The notes: generated by a model from the sequence alone, not told the origin. 64,000 nucleotides of DNA from Candidatus Eiseniibacteriota bacterium (GCA_965224245.1 OZ245046.1:288001-352000); one strand, 5' to 3'; counted from the stretch's first letter, positions 1 to 10,857 are shown. Numbers and translations: made by a program.

Positions 1-578
1 CTGTCCAAGTCCCCGCCGTCGGGGTTGTCGCTGGCCTCGTGAGCGGAGACGTCGGCGACGCTCCGCCACTCGCCGCCCGCCGAGACCTTCACGAGCGTTC
101 CCAGTGCTGGCGCCAGGCCGGCGAGCTGGCTCGCGTCGTCGCGTGCCGCCGGATCCTGCCCGAGTCCGACCGCGACCAGGAGGTTGCCGCGCCCCTGGAC
201 CGAGATGCCGTGAGGGCCGCCGGCACCACCGCCGTCCGGCCCGGCGAGGGACGGAAGCCCCGCGGCCACACGAGTCTGATGGCCGCGCCAGACGCGGGTG
301 ACGGCTCCGGTGAAGCCGAGGCAAACGTCACCTTCCGCGCCCGGGATGCACGGTCCTTCGCCGCCTCGACCCGCCTCGGCGACGTACAGCGCGCCCTCGG
401 GACCGAACGCGATGCCGCGAGGGTTGTCGAGTCCAGCCGCGACCGTGGTCATCGCGGCCGGCGAGCCGAGTCGATCCGATGGCGCCGGGTCGTCCTGAGG
501 ATTCGTCGTCGTCTGCTCGCACCCCACCACCACCAGGATGGACAGAGCGAGAATCGGCACTGCGAGATGTCTTCTCAT
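1..578 (-). CDS. ScyD/ScyE-family beta-propeller lipoprotein (partial, runs off left edge; absent from ORF track)
   Basis: Manual translation from ATG at 578 with upstream GGAG RBS: MRRHLAVPILALSILVVVGC (lipobox) ... GLDNPRGIAFGPEGALYVAEAG ... HEASDNPDGGDLD; frame consistent to the window edge. Confidence 0.8.
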   Translation of the reverse strand, partial: MRRHLAVPILALSILVVVGCEQTTTNPQDDPAPSDRLGSPAAMTTVAAGLDNPRGIAFGPEGALYVAEAGRGGEGPCIPGAEGDVCLGFTGAVTRVWRGHQTRVAAGLPSLAGPDGGGAGGPHGISVQGRGNLLVAVGLGQDPAARDDASQLAGLAPALGTLVKVSAGGEWRSVADVSAHEASDNPDGGDLD

Positions 579-784
579 CGGTTGCTCCTGCGTGAAGTGC
601 TCTGGGAATGGCCCTCGGGTTGGGTGAGGTTCGGAACCGGCTGCTCCTGCCGACCGAGGCGGCGGCCGCCGAGAGTAGCGCCGCGCGGCGGGAATCATAG
701 ACTAGGTTTCGTACCGAGGATAGTCCATGAGTGAGCGGGGCGCGGGAGCGCACTGGGCGCTCACCACGTCGCTTCACGACCCGG

Positions 785-1857
785 GTGGTGATCCTCTGTC
801 CGGCCACGGAGTCTCCGTTCGCCGGCATCATCCCGCACTCCGAGACCGGCGATCTGGCGCCGGTCGGACCCTCGTTCAGCACCGGGTGGAACGTCACCTG
901 TCCGGCGCCGGGGTTTCATGCGTACGAGCCGCACATCTTGCCCGCGATCTTCCCGCTGGCGTTTCAGGACACCTTCCGGAACGACCTCGGCTTCTTGAAC
1001 TTCACCGTCCCGGTCCTGTTCAACCTGCCGCCGCTCGACTTCCTGAGCCGGATCGCCGCGTACCCGTTCCGGCTCGCGGTGAGCCGGCGCGATCCGATCT
1101 ACTATCCGAAGGACGCTGTGCCCTTCCGGTTCGTCGGTCTCTCGACGGGGATCTCGTGGCAGACGCTCGACGAGAACTTCAGCTCGCTGGCCTACACGCC
1201 GGGGCAGTACGATCAGTTCTTCGACAGCGTGCTCTTTCACCTCATCGACGCCGGCTTCGACAGCACCACGACCGCCGTCTCCGGCGAGTACGTGTTAGAG
1301 AACTTCTCGCGACCGTTTTATCAGGTCTCCTTCTACATCGGGGAACACCTGAGCAGCGAGAGCATGGTCCGCAATGCCGGGCGCAGTTCGGTGTCGACGT
1401 CGAGTTCAGCAACATCGCGCCCCACAGGTACCGGGCCGACGTGAACCTGTGGGAGCTTGCGGGGAGCCTCCGCTACAGCGTGAGAGCCGATGCGATCCAG
1501 CCGTTCGTGAAGGCGGGATACGGCTGGAGCTGGTGTCGGCTCGAGGACGTCCAGGCCAACGGCGTTCCGTTCGACCCGTCGACGACCGACTGGATCACGC
1601 CGGGGATCTGGCCCAATACCTGGCACATCGGTGCCGGATTCGAGATCGTTCCGTTCCGGCGGATCGGCAAGCTCCCGCGGGGTGCCGAGCTGGCGATCCG
1701 GTTCGAGTATTCCCGCTACTACCAGGGGCTCGGACTGGATCTGTCGGACGTGTCGCCGGAGACGCTCTCCACGATCTTCCAGACCCTCGACGACGTGCCG
1801 ATCGACGAGCGGGTGACCCGGGACGATCTCACCATCGGTCTCACGGTCTCGTTCTGA
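785..1857 (+). pseudogene. 5'-truncated, frameshifted outer-membrane-protein-like gene
   Basis: Protein-like sequence in the 731..1444 frame up to MVRNA (~1378) continues in the 727..1857 frame (QFGVDVEF...QPFVKAGYGWSW...LTIGLTVSF, terminal Phe). No signal peptide or RBS at the 5' end. Confidence 0.6.
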
Positions 1858-2225
1858 TCGGTCGCGATCGGATCAATGGCTGGACCCGATCCCCTCGTGC
1901 GGTTCCCGGTGGCGTGACGGCGCCCTCTCCGGCGTGACGACCGGCCTCGGCGCCACCTTGGCGCTCGGGCGATCGACAGCCTGACGAGGTCCGCCAGCGA
2001 TGCCCGGATGTCCGGATCGGCCGCTCCGTCGGGTTCACGCCGTGCCGATCGACGACCTCGGCTGATGGGTTTCGCCGCCGGACTGCGGTTTCTCCATCGA
2101 CCGGGGCCTGGGGCCCGGGTCTCGTCATGTTGCCCCGCGAGATTCCCGTCGCTCCGCCCGCGCGCCCGCCGGCGGGGTCGAGTGTGGGCGGCCATGCTCA
2201 TGATCGCCAAAAGCGAGGACAGGAC

Positions 2226-2708
2226 ATGCCGAGACGCGTGATGTATGGATGGGTGATGGTGCTGGCGGCTCTCGCCGCCATTCGCACGATCGCCGCGAGC
2301 GGTGCCCAGTCGACGCCACACCTCGAGGAGATCACCGCCGCGCAGATCGCCGACCCCGAGGCGCCCGACCTGTCGCCGGCTCACTCGCAGCGACGAACTC
2401 CTGGTCGACTGGAAGCCGTCATGGCCGGCGCGGGTCCGGAGACCGGGGTCGTGTTCACCGACGCCCGACATGGTCTGGAGCCGCTGCCACTGAACGATCT
2501 CGAGGTCGCGAAGCTGGCCATGGCCCGGGCCGCGGTCGAGGCGGCGGACAGAGCCGGCACACGGTCGGTGCGGCCGCCCCGGCGACCGCGCTCGAGGATC
2601 GATGGCCACGTGGAGGCGGACAAGCTGGAGCGCCGTCGCACGATGACCCCGCGAGAGACGAGAAACAGACCGGGCGTTCCCGATGAAGCCTGGGAGGTGG
2701 CCCGATGA
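2226..2708 (+). CDS. Small secreted hypothetical protein, translationally coupled to downstream protease
   Basis: GAGGA-like RBS, signal-peptide-like MPRRVMYGWVMVLAALAA; stop overlaps next start (ATGA at 2705-2708). Confidence 0.65.
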   Translation: MPRRVMYGWVMVLAALAAIRTIAASGAQSTPHLEEITAAQIADPEAPDLSPAHSQRRTPGRLEAVMAGAGPETGVVFTDARHGLEPLPLNDLEVAKLAMARAAVEAADRAGTRSVRPPRRPRSRIDGHVEADKLERRRTMTPRETRNRPGVPDEAWEVAR

Positions 2709-5700
2709 GACCGCTGACTCTGGTGTCGTTGGTGATGCTGTGCGCGGCGGATCTGGGCGTTTCGCTCGCGCAGGAGTATCCGGAGCCGCAGCTCGGTTGC
2801 TTCAGCTGCACCCTCCGGGAGGCGGGACAGGCACGACCCGAGCCGGGCGACGTCGACCGAACGGACTGCGTCGTGTCGAGCGACGCGACGAGCCTGGACG
2901 CGCGCAGGGCGGGATACGTCGACCTCGATACGGCCCATTATGCCCGCGGATCGGTGCTGAACGTCATCGTCTTCGTCAACCACGGAGATGCGGAGGCTCA
3001 GTACGTCTGGGATGCGGCCGAGCGAGAGGAGGCCGGCTGCAAGGCGGCGGAGGCAAAGCGATTCTATCTCGAGCACATGCCGCCGATCGGCTTCATCACG
3101 TTCGACAACGAGAATGAGGACTGCTTCTTCTACTACGAGGTCACGCTGCCGTACGACATCAACGATCTGGCCGGCGCCGAGGGGTTCGAGAAGTGGATGG
3201 TCACCGATGCGGCCGAGGCATTGGGTTTCATCAACCAGGGCACCGACGGGTCGGTGATCGACGACATGACCATCTGGCTCCAGGACTGGGGTGGTGGATG
3301 GGACAACGTGATCGTCAGCTTCATGCCCGCCGACTACAACTTCCGCGCGCGGGCATCCACGTCGGCGGCCTACATCCGGATCGATCAGTACGAGGAGTGG
3401 GGCGTGTGGGCCCACGAGTGGGGCCACGTCTTCGGTGCCTGCGACGAGTACAGCGACTGGAACGACGACGTGGGAGCCCTCACGTGTGACGACGACATCA
3501 ACTGCAACGACGTCTGCCAGGGTGGGTACCTGATCGTCGACGACGCCGACATCTTCAACGGCAACTGCGACCTCTGCGAGGGGAGCACGGAATGCATCAT
3601 GCGCTCCGGTCGCACCGAGTACGACCATCCCCCGTGCATGTACACGTATCAGAACTGGGCGTGGGTGGACGAGAACGGTAACGATCTGCTCGACAAGACG
3701 AGAGGCTGGGATCCCTTTGCGGGAGCGGTGTACGAGATATTCGAGCTCGCCCACAACGAGGCGAAGATCAACACGGACACCGACCGGGGATACGTGGCCA
3801 ACCAGCGCTGGACGAGCTGGAGCACGATCGCGGTGCGATCGGGGGCCGGCGCCGACCATTCGATCGCGATCTACGGTGAGAACAACCGCAACCACAATCT
3901 CGCCTGGTCCGTCGGTCACGCCGGGATCGAGTTCGTGGTCGGCGACTTCAACCACAACAACCGCGGGCAGGATCACGTGATGCTGGTCGGGCACGGCGAA
4001 TACGAGCTCCTGTACGAGGCCGGCAACCAGATGCTGTTTCCCGACGGCGTCGAACGGAACAGGACATGGAACGCCGACGACGTGGTTCGGACCTACGACG
4101 TGCCGCTGTTCAAGGACGAGTACATCGTGTTCATCCTCGAGAACAACACACCCGGACTCGATCTCGGGATGGCTCTGTTCGGCTCCAACGGTGATACCTA
4201 CTACGCGGGACGCGCCAGTGCGCTGTGGGAGGCCGACGCGAACGGAGCCGGTCTCAGCGAGTTCGAGGGGCTCTCGGTTCCCCGGGACGACGTGTACGGA
4301 CTGGTCGTCTGGTCGAACACTCCCGCAGGCGGCGACTTCTCGATCACGGTCGGACCGTCGATCCGGACGCTGGACGAGAAGGACCCGACCGCGTCCGAGG
4401 ATCTGGCGCTCTACGAGTTCACGCCGTCAGCGGGCTACTGGGCCGTGATGGCGGCCCGTCCCGGTGAGAGCTCCAACCTCAAGCTGAGCCTCTTCGAGGA
4501 ATCGACGTTCGAGACCAGGCTCGCCACGTCGGGTGCTTATCCGAACGTCGAGTTCATCGCGGCCGACTACGGCGGTGGGGCCTCCACCGACTACCTTCGC
4601 GTTTTGCGACAGAGCGGGACCTCGTTCGCGTGGACCGAGTGGGAGCAAGGCGACGAGATTCTGGGCGGTTGGTACAACGACACGTGGTCGGCGGGAGACA
4701 TCTGCCGGGTGTGGGACGCCCACCTTCGGGGCGGCGAGACGTACCGCTTCCAGCAGTACGGCGACGTGTTCTCGCCGGTGAACGTCGGAATCTACGTGCT
4801 CAGCTCCGCCGATGGCGACCCGTACAAGCAACGGAGCGCGGCCGAAGCGGGGAGCAATGGAACGTCGGCTCTCGGAGAGTGGTTCACGTTCACCGCTCCC
4901 ACCGACGACTGGTACGGCGCCGTCATGATCGGCAACGACGAGTCCTCTGGCTGGTACGACATGGGGGTCGGCCCCCAGGTCTCGCTGGTCGAGCAGGCGC
5001 CCTACGAGGCACCCGACGAGATCATCTGGATCGACGCTACCACGGTGGCCGCGTCGTGGGCGTCCCTCGGAGTCCGGGCCGGCGCGGGCGCGGAGTCGAG
5101 CCTGACCTTGTGGACGTGCGAGAACTGCGATCTGTTGTGCTTCGAGGAACTCGAGACCGAGGACGTCGGCCCGCGCTACATCGTGATCGACGCCAACCAC
5201 GAGCCGGCAGCCACGTACTTTGCGCGTGCCGATCGTCGGGTGGGGACGGCAGCCCAGGCCGTGTCGTTCGATGTCGCCTCGCCCAGTGACATCGTCCTGA
5301 GCGATCCGACCGAGATCGAGACGACCGATGGCAGCTTCTCGGTGGGCGAGGTGGTTCAGATCTGGGACCTCGACCTCATGGTGGCGCCGCTGAGCGTGGC
5401 GATCGAGGTGGAGCCGCTCGATCCGTCGCTCGACGTCGGAGTGGCGCTGTTCGGGTCGGCCGGCGGGTCGACCGTTCAGAGCTCGGACGGAGCCATCGAA
5501 TCGGCCGACCGACTCGGCCCGGGCGGCACGGAGGTGATCTCGTTCTCACAGGCGAACGACGTGTACGGCGTGGTCATCACCAATCAGAACGGGGCGCCGG
5601 GTGCCTATCGCATCCGCGTCGGCGATGCGGATATCATAGACGTCGCGAGCGTCGAGCTTCCGTGGACCCTCGGCTTTCGCCTGGTCGACGCGTCGGCGCG

Positions 5701-5929
5701 CCGGTTCGTGGTGGATCTTCCGGAAGCGATGAAGGTATCGCTGGACGTGTTCGACGTTCGTGGACGCCGGGTCCGCACTCTGGTCGACGAGGATCTCGGT
5801 GCGGGGCGCCATGCCGTCGCATGGGATGGAGCGGCCCGCGATGGCTCACGCATCGGTGCCGGCGTCTACTTCGCGCGGCTGACCGCCGCCGAAGACGTGC
5901 TCACGCTAAAGGTCTGCTTGCCGAGATGA
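2705..5929 (+). CDS. Secreted metzincin-like zinc metalloprotease with repeated beta-sandwich modules and C-terminal FlgD-Ig tail
   Basis: Signal peptide; HEWGHVFGACDEY (HExxHxxGxxD); CIM Met-turn; tail VFDVRGRRVRTL...WDG...GVYFARL. Confidence 0.85.
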   Translation: MRPLTLVSLVMLCAADLGVSLAQEYPEPQLGCFSCTLREAGQARPEPGDVDRTDCVVSSDATSLDARRAGYVDLDTAHYARGSVLNVIVFVNHGDAEAQYVWDAAEREEAGCKAAEAKRFYLEHMPPIGFITFDNENEDCFFYYEVTLPYDINDLAGAEGFEKWMVTDAAEALGFINQGTDGSVIDDMTIWLQDWGGGWDNVIVSFMPADYNFRARASTSAAYIRIDQYEEWGVWAHEWGHVFGACDEYSDWNDDVGALTCDDDINCNDVCQGGYLIVDDADIFNGNCDLCEGSTECIMRSGRTEYDHPPCMYTYQNWAWVDENGNDLLDKTRGWDPFAGAVYEIFELAHNEAKINTDTDRGYVANQRWTSWSTIAVRSGAGADHSIAIYGENNRNHNLAWSVGHAGIEFVVGDFNHNNRGQDHVMLVGHGEYELLYEAGNQMLFPDGVERNRTWNADDVVRTYDVPLFKDEYIVFILENNTPGLDLGMALFGSNGDTYYAGRASALWEADANGAGLSEFEGLSVPRDDVYGLVVWSNTPAGGDFSITVGPSIRTLDEKDPTASEDLALYEFTPSAGYWAVMAARPGESSNLKLSLFEESTFETRLATSGAYPNVEFIAADYGGGASTDYLRVLRQSGTSFAWTEWEQGDEILGGWYNDTWSAGDICRVWDAHLRGGETYRFQQYGDVFSPVNVGIYVLSSADGDPYKQRSAAEAGSNGTSALGEWFTFTAPTDDWYGAVMIGNDESSGWYDMGVGPQVSLVEQAPYEAPDEIIWIDATTVAASWASLGVRAGAGAESSLTLWTCENCDLLCFEELETEDVGPRYIVIDANHEPAATYFARADRRVGTAAQAVSFDVASPSDIVLSDPTEIETTDGSFSVGEVVQIWDLDLMVAPLSVAIEVEPLDPSLDVGVALFGSAGGSTVQSSDGAIESADRLGPGGTEVISFSQANDVYGVVITNQNGAPGAYRIRVGDADIIDVASVELPWTLGFRLVDASARRFVVDLPEAMKVSLDVFDVRGRRVRTLVDEDLGAGRHAVAWDGAARDGSRIGAGVYFARLTAAEDVLTLKVCLPR

Positions 5930-6041
5930 GGTCACGTGCCCGGGTCGCGTCGTTCGACCCGGGCACTCGTCTCGTCGAGGGGAAGGGCTCGCCGACGGGG
6001 AAGGAAACGAGCCGTCGTCGCCGGCCACCTACCGCACGACG

Positions 6042-9000
6042 TCAGTCGTCGCGTTCGCTCTCGTGATCGCGACGTACCTCGTCGATTTGGTGGGCGAGCG
6101 CGGAGTCGGGCGAGACGTCGAGTCGCTCCGCGATCGCCTCGGCCTCCGTGAGTGCGTCGCGTGCGCGGGTGGGATCCCCGTACTTCCGCTCGAGCCGACT
6201 GAGCGTGCAGAGCACCAGCGCGACCTCGAGATCGATCCCGACGTCCCGGAGGATGCGAAGGCCCTCGTCGACGCAGCGACCGGCCTCTCTCGCGCGTCCG
6301 AGTGCCAGGTGAATGGCACCGAGGCTTCCCAGGGTGATACCGACCTCGGGATCGTTACCAACCTCGCGATGGCGGGCGAGTGCTTCCTCGTAGCACGCGA
6401 CCGCATCGTCGAAGCACTGCCGGTCCCGATGGATGTCGCCGAGCCCGGCCAGAGCCGTGGCCTCGGCGCCGCGGTCGCCCAGTTCCCGGTGGATGGCCAG
6501 CGCCCGCTCGTAGCAGACGCGGGACTCGTCCCCTCGACCCAGCTGGCGTAGCAGGCCACCCAGGTTGATCAGCGCGATCGCCTCGTTGCGCCGATCGCGA
6601 GTCTCACGGTAGATGGCCAGGGCCGACTCGTAGCATTCACGTGCCGCGTGGAGATTGCCTTGCTCGCTTTCCAGGTTTCCGAGATTCACCAGAACGACGC
6701 CTTCGTCGTGCGGGTTGCCGACCTCGCGATGCACGGCGAGGGCACGTTCGTAGTGGTCGCGCGCTTCGTCCGGGAGTCCTTGCAGTCGGAGCGCGGTTCC
6801 CAGATTGCCCAGGTCCATCCCCTCCCGTGGCCGGTTGCCGACCTCGCGATCGATGCTGAGCGCGCGCTCGAAGTAGCGTCGCGATTCCCCCAATGCGCCC
6901 CTCTGCGCCAGGAAGACGCCGAGGTTCCCCAGCACCGTTCCCTCGCCGCGCCGGTCACCGATCTGGCGGTGCACGTCGAGCGCGGCCTCGTAGCTGCGGC
7001 GTGCCTCGTCGGTCTCCCCATGCTTGGCGTGAAAGCCGCCCAGGTGGTCGAGCACCAGTCCCTCACCGAGCCGGTTGCCGACGCTCCGGTGGCTCGCGAG
7101 CGCCGCCTCGAACGCCTCGCGCGCTTCCTCGCTGCGGCCCTGACGGTGATGGAGGTTTCCGAGGTTCACGAGCGCGACCCCCTCGCTCCGGCCGTTGCCG
7201 ACCTCACGGTGAATCGCCAGCGCTGCCTCGAGGTGCTTCCGTGCGGACTCCATCCGACCGAGCTCCAGGTGAACGAGGCCCAGATTGCCCAGCACGATGC
7301 CCTCCTCGCGCCGGTTGGAGACCTCGCGATGAATCTGGATCGAGAGCTCGAGCAGCTCCTCGGTCTCCTCGAAGCGCCCCTCGCGCCCGAGGACACCGGC
7401 CAGGTTGCCGACCGCCGTACCTTCGGCGCGCCGGTCGCCGAGCTCACGATGAAGGGCGATTGCCGCCTCGTAGTGTCCGCGCGCCTCATCGAGCTCACCC
7501 GACGACCGCTCCGCGGACGCGAGTGCGCCGTAGACACGCGCACGCCGGTGTGGATCATCGAGCGGCTCCAGAACCTCTCTGCCGAGCTCCACCGAGAGCG
7601 CGAACGGGCCACGCAGATCGAGCACGGCGTTGGCGGCGAGGTACGTGTCCGCCGCGACTTCTGCGTCGCCGCGGTCCAGCGCGCGCCGGCAGCCGGCGAC
7701 GAAGTTGTCCAGCTCGATCAGAAAGGCGGCCCACGTCGATTCGCCCTCGCGGCGATCGAGGCCCTCGATCGAGGAGGAAGAGCCCATCGCCGCGAAGTAC
7801 GCTCCGTGGCGGGCCTCGACGGCGGCACGGTCCTCGCCCGGCGCGCCGCGTCCGGTGATCCCGGCCACGTCGCCGGTGGGCGAGCGCTCCGCGAGCCGCT
7901 CCGAGGCGTACTCGTGTATCGTGGCGTACATGTCGAAACGGGGCACGCCGCCCGCGACGCTGGTGCGGAGCCAGCTTCCGTCCACGAGCGACTGGATCAC
8001 GTCCAGCACCGGCGGTGCGGACTCGTGGGCGCCGAGGTCGAGCACCGCTTCCGCCGCGGGCAGCGTGAATCCGCCGTCGAACACCGAGAGCTGTGCGACC
8101 GCCGATCGTTCCCACGACCGAAGAAACTCCCAGGACCAGTCCAGCGACGTCTCGAACGTGGCGTGGCGTCCGTGAGGCCCACCGGTCAAGATGCCAAGTC
8201 GATCCTCGAGTCGGTCATGCAGCTCGTCCAGGCTCAGCACCCGCAGTCGAGAGGCCGCCAGCTCGATGGCCAGGGGCAGACCATCGAGCTTCCGAACGAT
8301 CGTCTCCACACGCGTGCGGGCTGCACCCAGTGCGAAGCCCGGGCGCTGCTCACGTGCGCGCACCGCGAACAGCTCGGCGCCCGCGCCCTCCGGCTCCAGT
8401 GGATCGAGCGGGAGGTCGATCTCCTCCTCGAGCTGGAGGCGCCGGCGACTCGTCGCGAGAAAGCGCGTCTCGCCGCCCATCTCGAGCCAGCGACCGAGCG
8501 TCGCATCCGCCTCGCCGACGACGTGCTCGAAGTTGTCGAGGATGACGAGGCTCCGGCGGCGCTCCCGGAGCACGTGTCCCAGCTGGACGATCGGATCACC
8601 CCTCGCGATCGGGACGTCCAGGGTGACCGCGAGCGCGTGGGCGATCGCGCCGGCGGACCGCGCATCGCTGAGGTCGCAGAACCATGCTCCGCCGGGCCAG
8701 CGCGCGAGGCTCTCCCACGCGTAGCGCAGCGCCAGGCGCGTCTTCCCTGCTCCTCCCGGTCCCCGCAACGTCACGAGGCGACGGTGGTCCGTGTGGGTGG
8801 CCTCCGGCTCGAGCCGCCCGTGTAGGGTCTCGAGCTCGGTCGTGCGCCCGACGAACGGATCTCTCTCGGGTGGCAGCTCGAACGGAACTCGCTCTCCGAG
8901 CTCCGTCCGCCCGTCGAGCGCCTGGATGACCTCGCGCGCCGTCGAGAATCGCTCGCCCGGATCCTTCGAGATGAGCTTCAGAATCGTGTGCTCCCACGTC

Positions 9001-10004
9001 GGCTCCAGCGGAACGAACTCCGCGGGCGACGGTGGCGTGTGGTCGCTGCCGGCGAGGATCAGCGCGCGCGGTGGAAGATGGCCGTACGGCAAGCGTCCCG
9101 TGGTCAGCTCGTACAGCACGACCCCGAGCGCGTAGAGATCGCTCGAGGGGCCGCTCTCGCCCTCGATGAACTGCTCGGGAGCCATGTACGCGGGCGTCCC
9201 GACCAGACGCCGGCGCTCGGGCCGAGCGCCTGCCGCCTCGCTCGCGTCTCCTGCATCGGCGTCGGCCGGTACGAGCTGCACGGCGAGCCCGAAATCGGTG
9301 ATGACCGCCCGCTCCCGATCCCGCTCAGGCTCCGGTACCAGCATGATGTTGCCCGGCTTCAGGTCCCGATGGACGACGCCGGCGCGATGTGCGGCGTCGA
9401 GGCCCGCCACCACCTGCCGAACGATCGGCAGCGCCGCTCGGGCCGACATGGGTCCCCGAGAGCGAACGCGCCGCGCCAACGTCTCCCCGGACAGAAGCTC
9501 CATCGTGAGGTAGATGAGTCCGCGGCGCCGATCCCGACCCATCTCGTAGATCCGGCAGACGTTCGCGTGCGTCACCGACCGCGCCAGCAGAACCTCTTGC
9601 TTGAACGCGCGCAGCGCGGAGCGGCTCGTCGCGATCTCCGCACGGATCAGCTTCAACGCAACCGCCACGTCCAGCAGCTCGTCGATCGCCTCGTAGACCT
9701 CTCCCATGCCGCCTCGGTCCAGGAACGCGACGACGCGGTAGCGGTCGTCGACCCGCTCGCCGACCGCGAGTCGCTGAGCCGGTGGCTCGGCCGCGTGCTC
9801 GGCGTCGTTCGCCGGGTGATCAAGAAGCGGAGGGACCGGGAGCTCGCAGGTTCTCATCACGCGGACGATAAGGTCCTCGACCTCGCGTCGCAGCTCGTCG
9901 TCGTCCGAGCACTCTCGGTCGAGAAAGCGGGTGCGGACGGCCGCTTCGAGGGAGACCGCCTCATCGAACAGCTCGAACACGCGACGTTCGCGGTCCTCGA
10001 TCAT
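6042..10004 (-). CDS. Ser/Thr kinase fused to STAND/NB-ARC-like ATPase and TPR array
   Basis: GGMGEVY, HRDLKPGN, DFG, GTPAYMAPE; Walker A GPGGAGKT, Walker B LVILDNFE; about 10 TPR-like 40-aa units; start MIEDRE overlaps ECF stop (ATGA). Confidence 0.9.
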   Translation of the reverse strand: MIEDRERRVFELFDEAVSLEAAVRTRFLDRECSDDDELRREVEDLIVRVMRTCELPVPPLLDHPANDAEHAAEPPAQRLAVGERVDDRYRVVAFLDRGGMGEVYEAIDELLDVAVALKLIRAEIATSRSALRAFKQEVLLARSVTHANVCRIYEMGRDRRRGLIYLTMELLSGETLARRVRSRGPMSARAALPIVRQVVAGLDAAHRAGVVHRDLKPGNIMLVPEPERDRERAVITDFGLAVQLVPADADAGDASEAAGARPERRRLVGTPAYMAPEQFIEGESGPSSDLYALGVVLYELTTGRLPYGHLPPRALILAGSDHTPPSPAEFVPLEPTWEHTILKLISKDPGERFSTAREVIQALDGRTELGERVPFELPPERDPFVGRTTELETLHGRLEPEATHTDHRRLVTLRGPGGAGKTRLALRYAWESLARWPGGAWFCDLSDARSAGAIAHALAVTLDVPIARGDPIVQLGHVLRERRRSLVILDNFEHVVGEADATLGRWLEMGGETRFLATSRRRLQLEEEIDLPLDPLEPEGAGAELFAVRAREQRPGFALGAARTRVETIVRKLDGLPLAIELAASRLRVLSLDELHDRLEDRLGILTGGPHGRHATFETSLDWSWEFLRSWERSAVAQLSVFDGGFTLPAAEAVLDLGAHESAPPVLDVIQSLVDGSWLRTSVAGGVPRFDMYATIHEYASERLAERSPTGDVAGITGRGAPGEDRAAVEARHGAYFAAMGSSSSIEGLDRREGESTWAAFLIELDNFVAGCRRALDRGDAEVAADTYLAANAVLDLRGPFALSVELGREVLEPLDDPHRRARVYGALASAERSSGELDEARGHYEAAIALHRELGDRRAEGTAVGNLAGVLGREGRFEETEELLELSIQIHREVSNRREEGIVLGNLGLVHLELGRMESARKHLEAALAIHREVGNGRSEGVALVNLGNLHHRQGRSEEAREAFEAALASHRSVGNRLGEGLVLDHLGGFHAKHGETDEARRSYEAALDVHRQIGDRRGEGTVLGNLGVFLAQRGALGESRRYFERALSIDREVGNRPREGMDLGNLGTALRLQGLPDEARDHYERALAVHREVGNPHDEGVVLVNLGNLESEQGNLHAARECYESALAIYRETRDRRNEAIALINLGGLLRQLGRGDESRVCYERALAIHRELGDRGAEATALAGLGDIHRDRQCFDDAVACYEEALARHREVGNDPEVGITLGSLGAIHLALGRAREAGRCVDEGLRILRDVGIDLEVALVLCTLSRLERKYGDPTRARDALTEAEAIAERLDVSPDSALAHQIDEVRRDHESERDD
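6240..7500 (-). repeat. 120-nt periodic TPR-coding repeats
   Basis: acctcgcgat recurs at 6361, 6721, 6841 and 7321, with variants at the intervening 120-nt steps. Confidence 0.8.
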
Positions 10005-10579
10005 GGGGACGCATCCGGTGCATCCAGCTCCCTGGCGAGCCAGGAGCGACAGAACCGCCATCGGCGCTCGACCGTGCTGTGAGAGAGCCGGAGCACGTCG
10101 GCGATCTCCGGAATCGTCAGGCCCGTGAAGTAGCGGAGCAAGACGATCTGGATCTTGTCCGCGTGCGCCTTCTCGAGCCGGCGAAGCGCCTGGTCGAGCG
10201 CGATGACGTCGTCACTGGACGCGTCGACGAACGCCAGGACGGAGGTGAGCGTCTGTCGTTGACGGTCTCCGCCGCGCTTCAGCGATCCCTTTCGGCGCGC
10301 TTCCTCGACCAGGAGATCGCGCATCGTGCGCGCGGCGGTGCAGTAGAAGTGGTTCCGTCCGCTCCAGCTGATTGCGCGCCGGTCGACGAGCCGAAGGTAT
10401 GCCTCGTGCACGAGCGCCGTGGTGTCCAGCGTCTCTCCCGGTCGCAGTCGCGCCCGCTGGGCAGTGGCCAGTCCGCGGAGTCTGTCGTACACCCTGGCGA
10501 ACACCTGCTCGGCGGCGGCGCCGTCGCCTCGTCCAGCGCGGTTCAGGAGCTCCGTGATGGGAGCGGTGTCGTCCGACAT
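10001..10579 (-). CDS. ECF sigma factor (STK-associated, TIGR02999-like)
   Basis: ITELL...YDRLRGLA...LDTTALVHEAYLRL...HFYCTAARTMRDLLVE...LRYFTGLT...TVERRWRFCRSWL; GGAGG RBS. Confidence 0.9.
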   Translation of the reverse strand: MSDDTAPITELLNRAGRGDGAAAEQVFARVYDRLRGLATAQRARLRPGETLDTTALVHEAYLRLVDRRAISWSGRNHFYCTAARTMRDLLVEEARRKGSLKRGGDRQRQTLTSVLAFVDASSDDVIALDQALRRLEKAHADKIQIVLLRYFTGLTIPEIADVLRLSHSTVERRWRFCRSWLARELDAPDASP

Positions 10580-10857
10580 CACCGCCTCCGGGAATGAGCG
10601 GAGGATCAAGGCCCGCGTCGACGTTCCGATCGGCGCAGACACCCACAACGTCTCAATTCTACCGCACGTGGGATTTTAGGAGCCCGATGTCGTCGTGTCC
10701 ACAAGTGGCAATCCCGTGCGGCCGATGTGAAGGCCGAGCCCCGACATGACGAGTGCGACCGATCGGCAGCGTCAGGCGCGTTTGAGAACGAACTCGTCCG
10801 CCCCGGCAGGCCCGGAACGCGGCGCTGTCGCCGGTCCGGGAGAAGGCTGTTTGCCGA

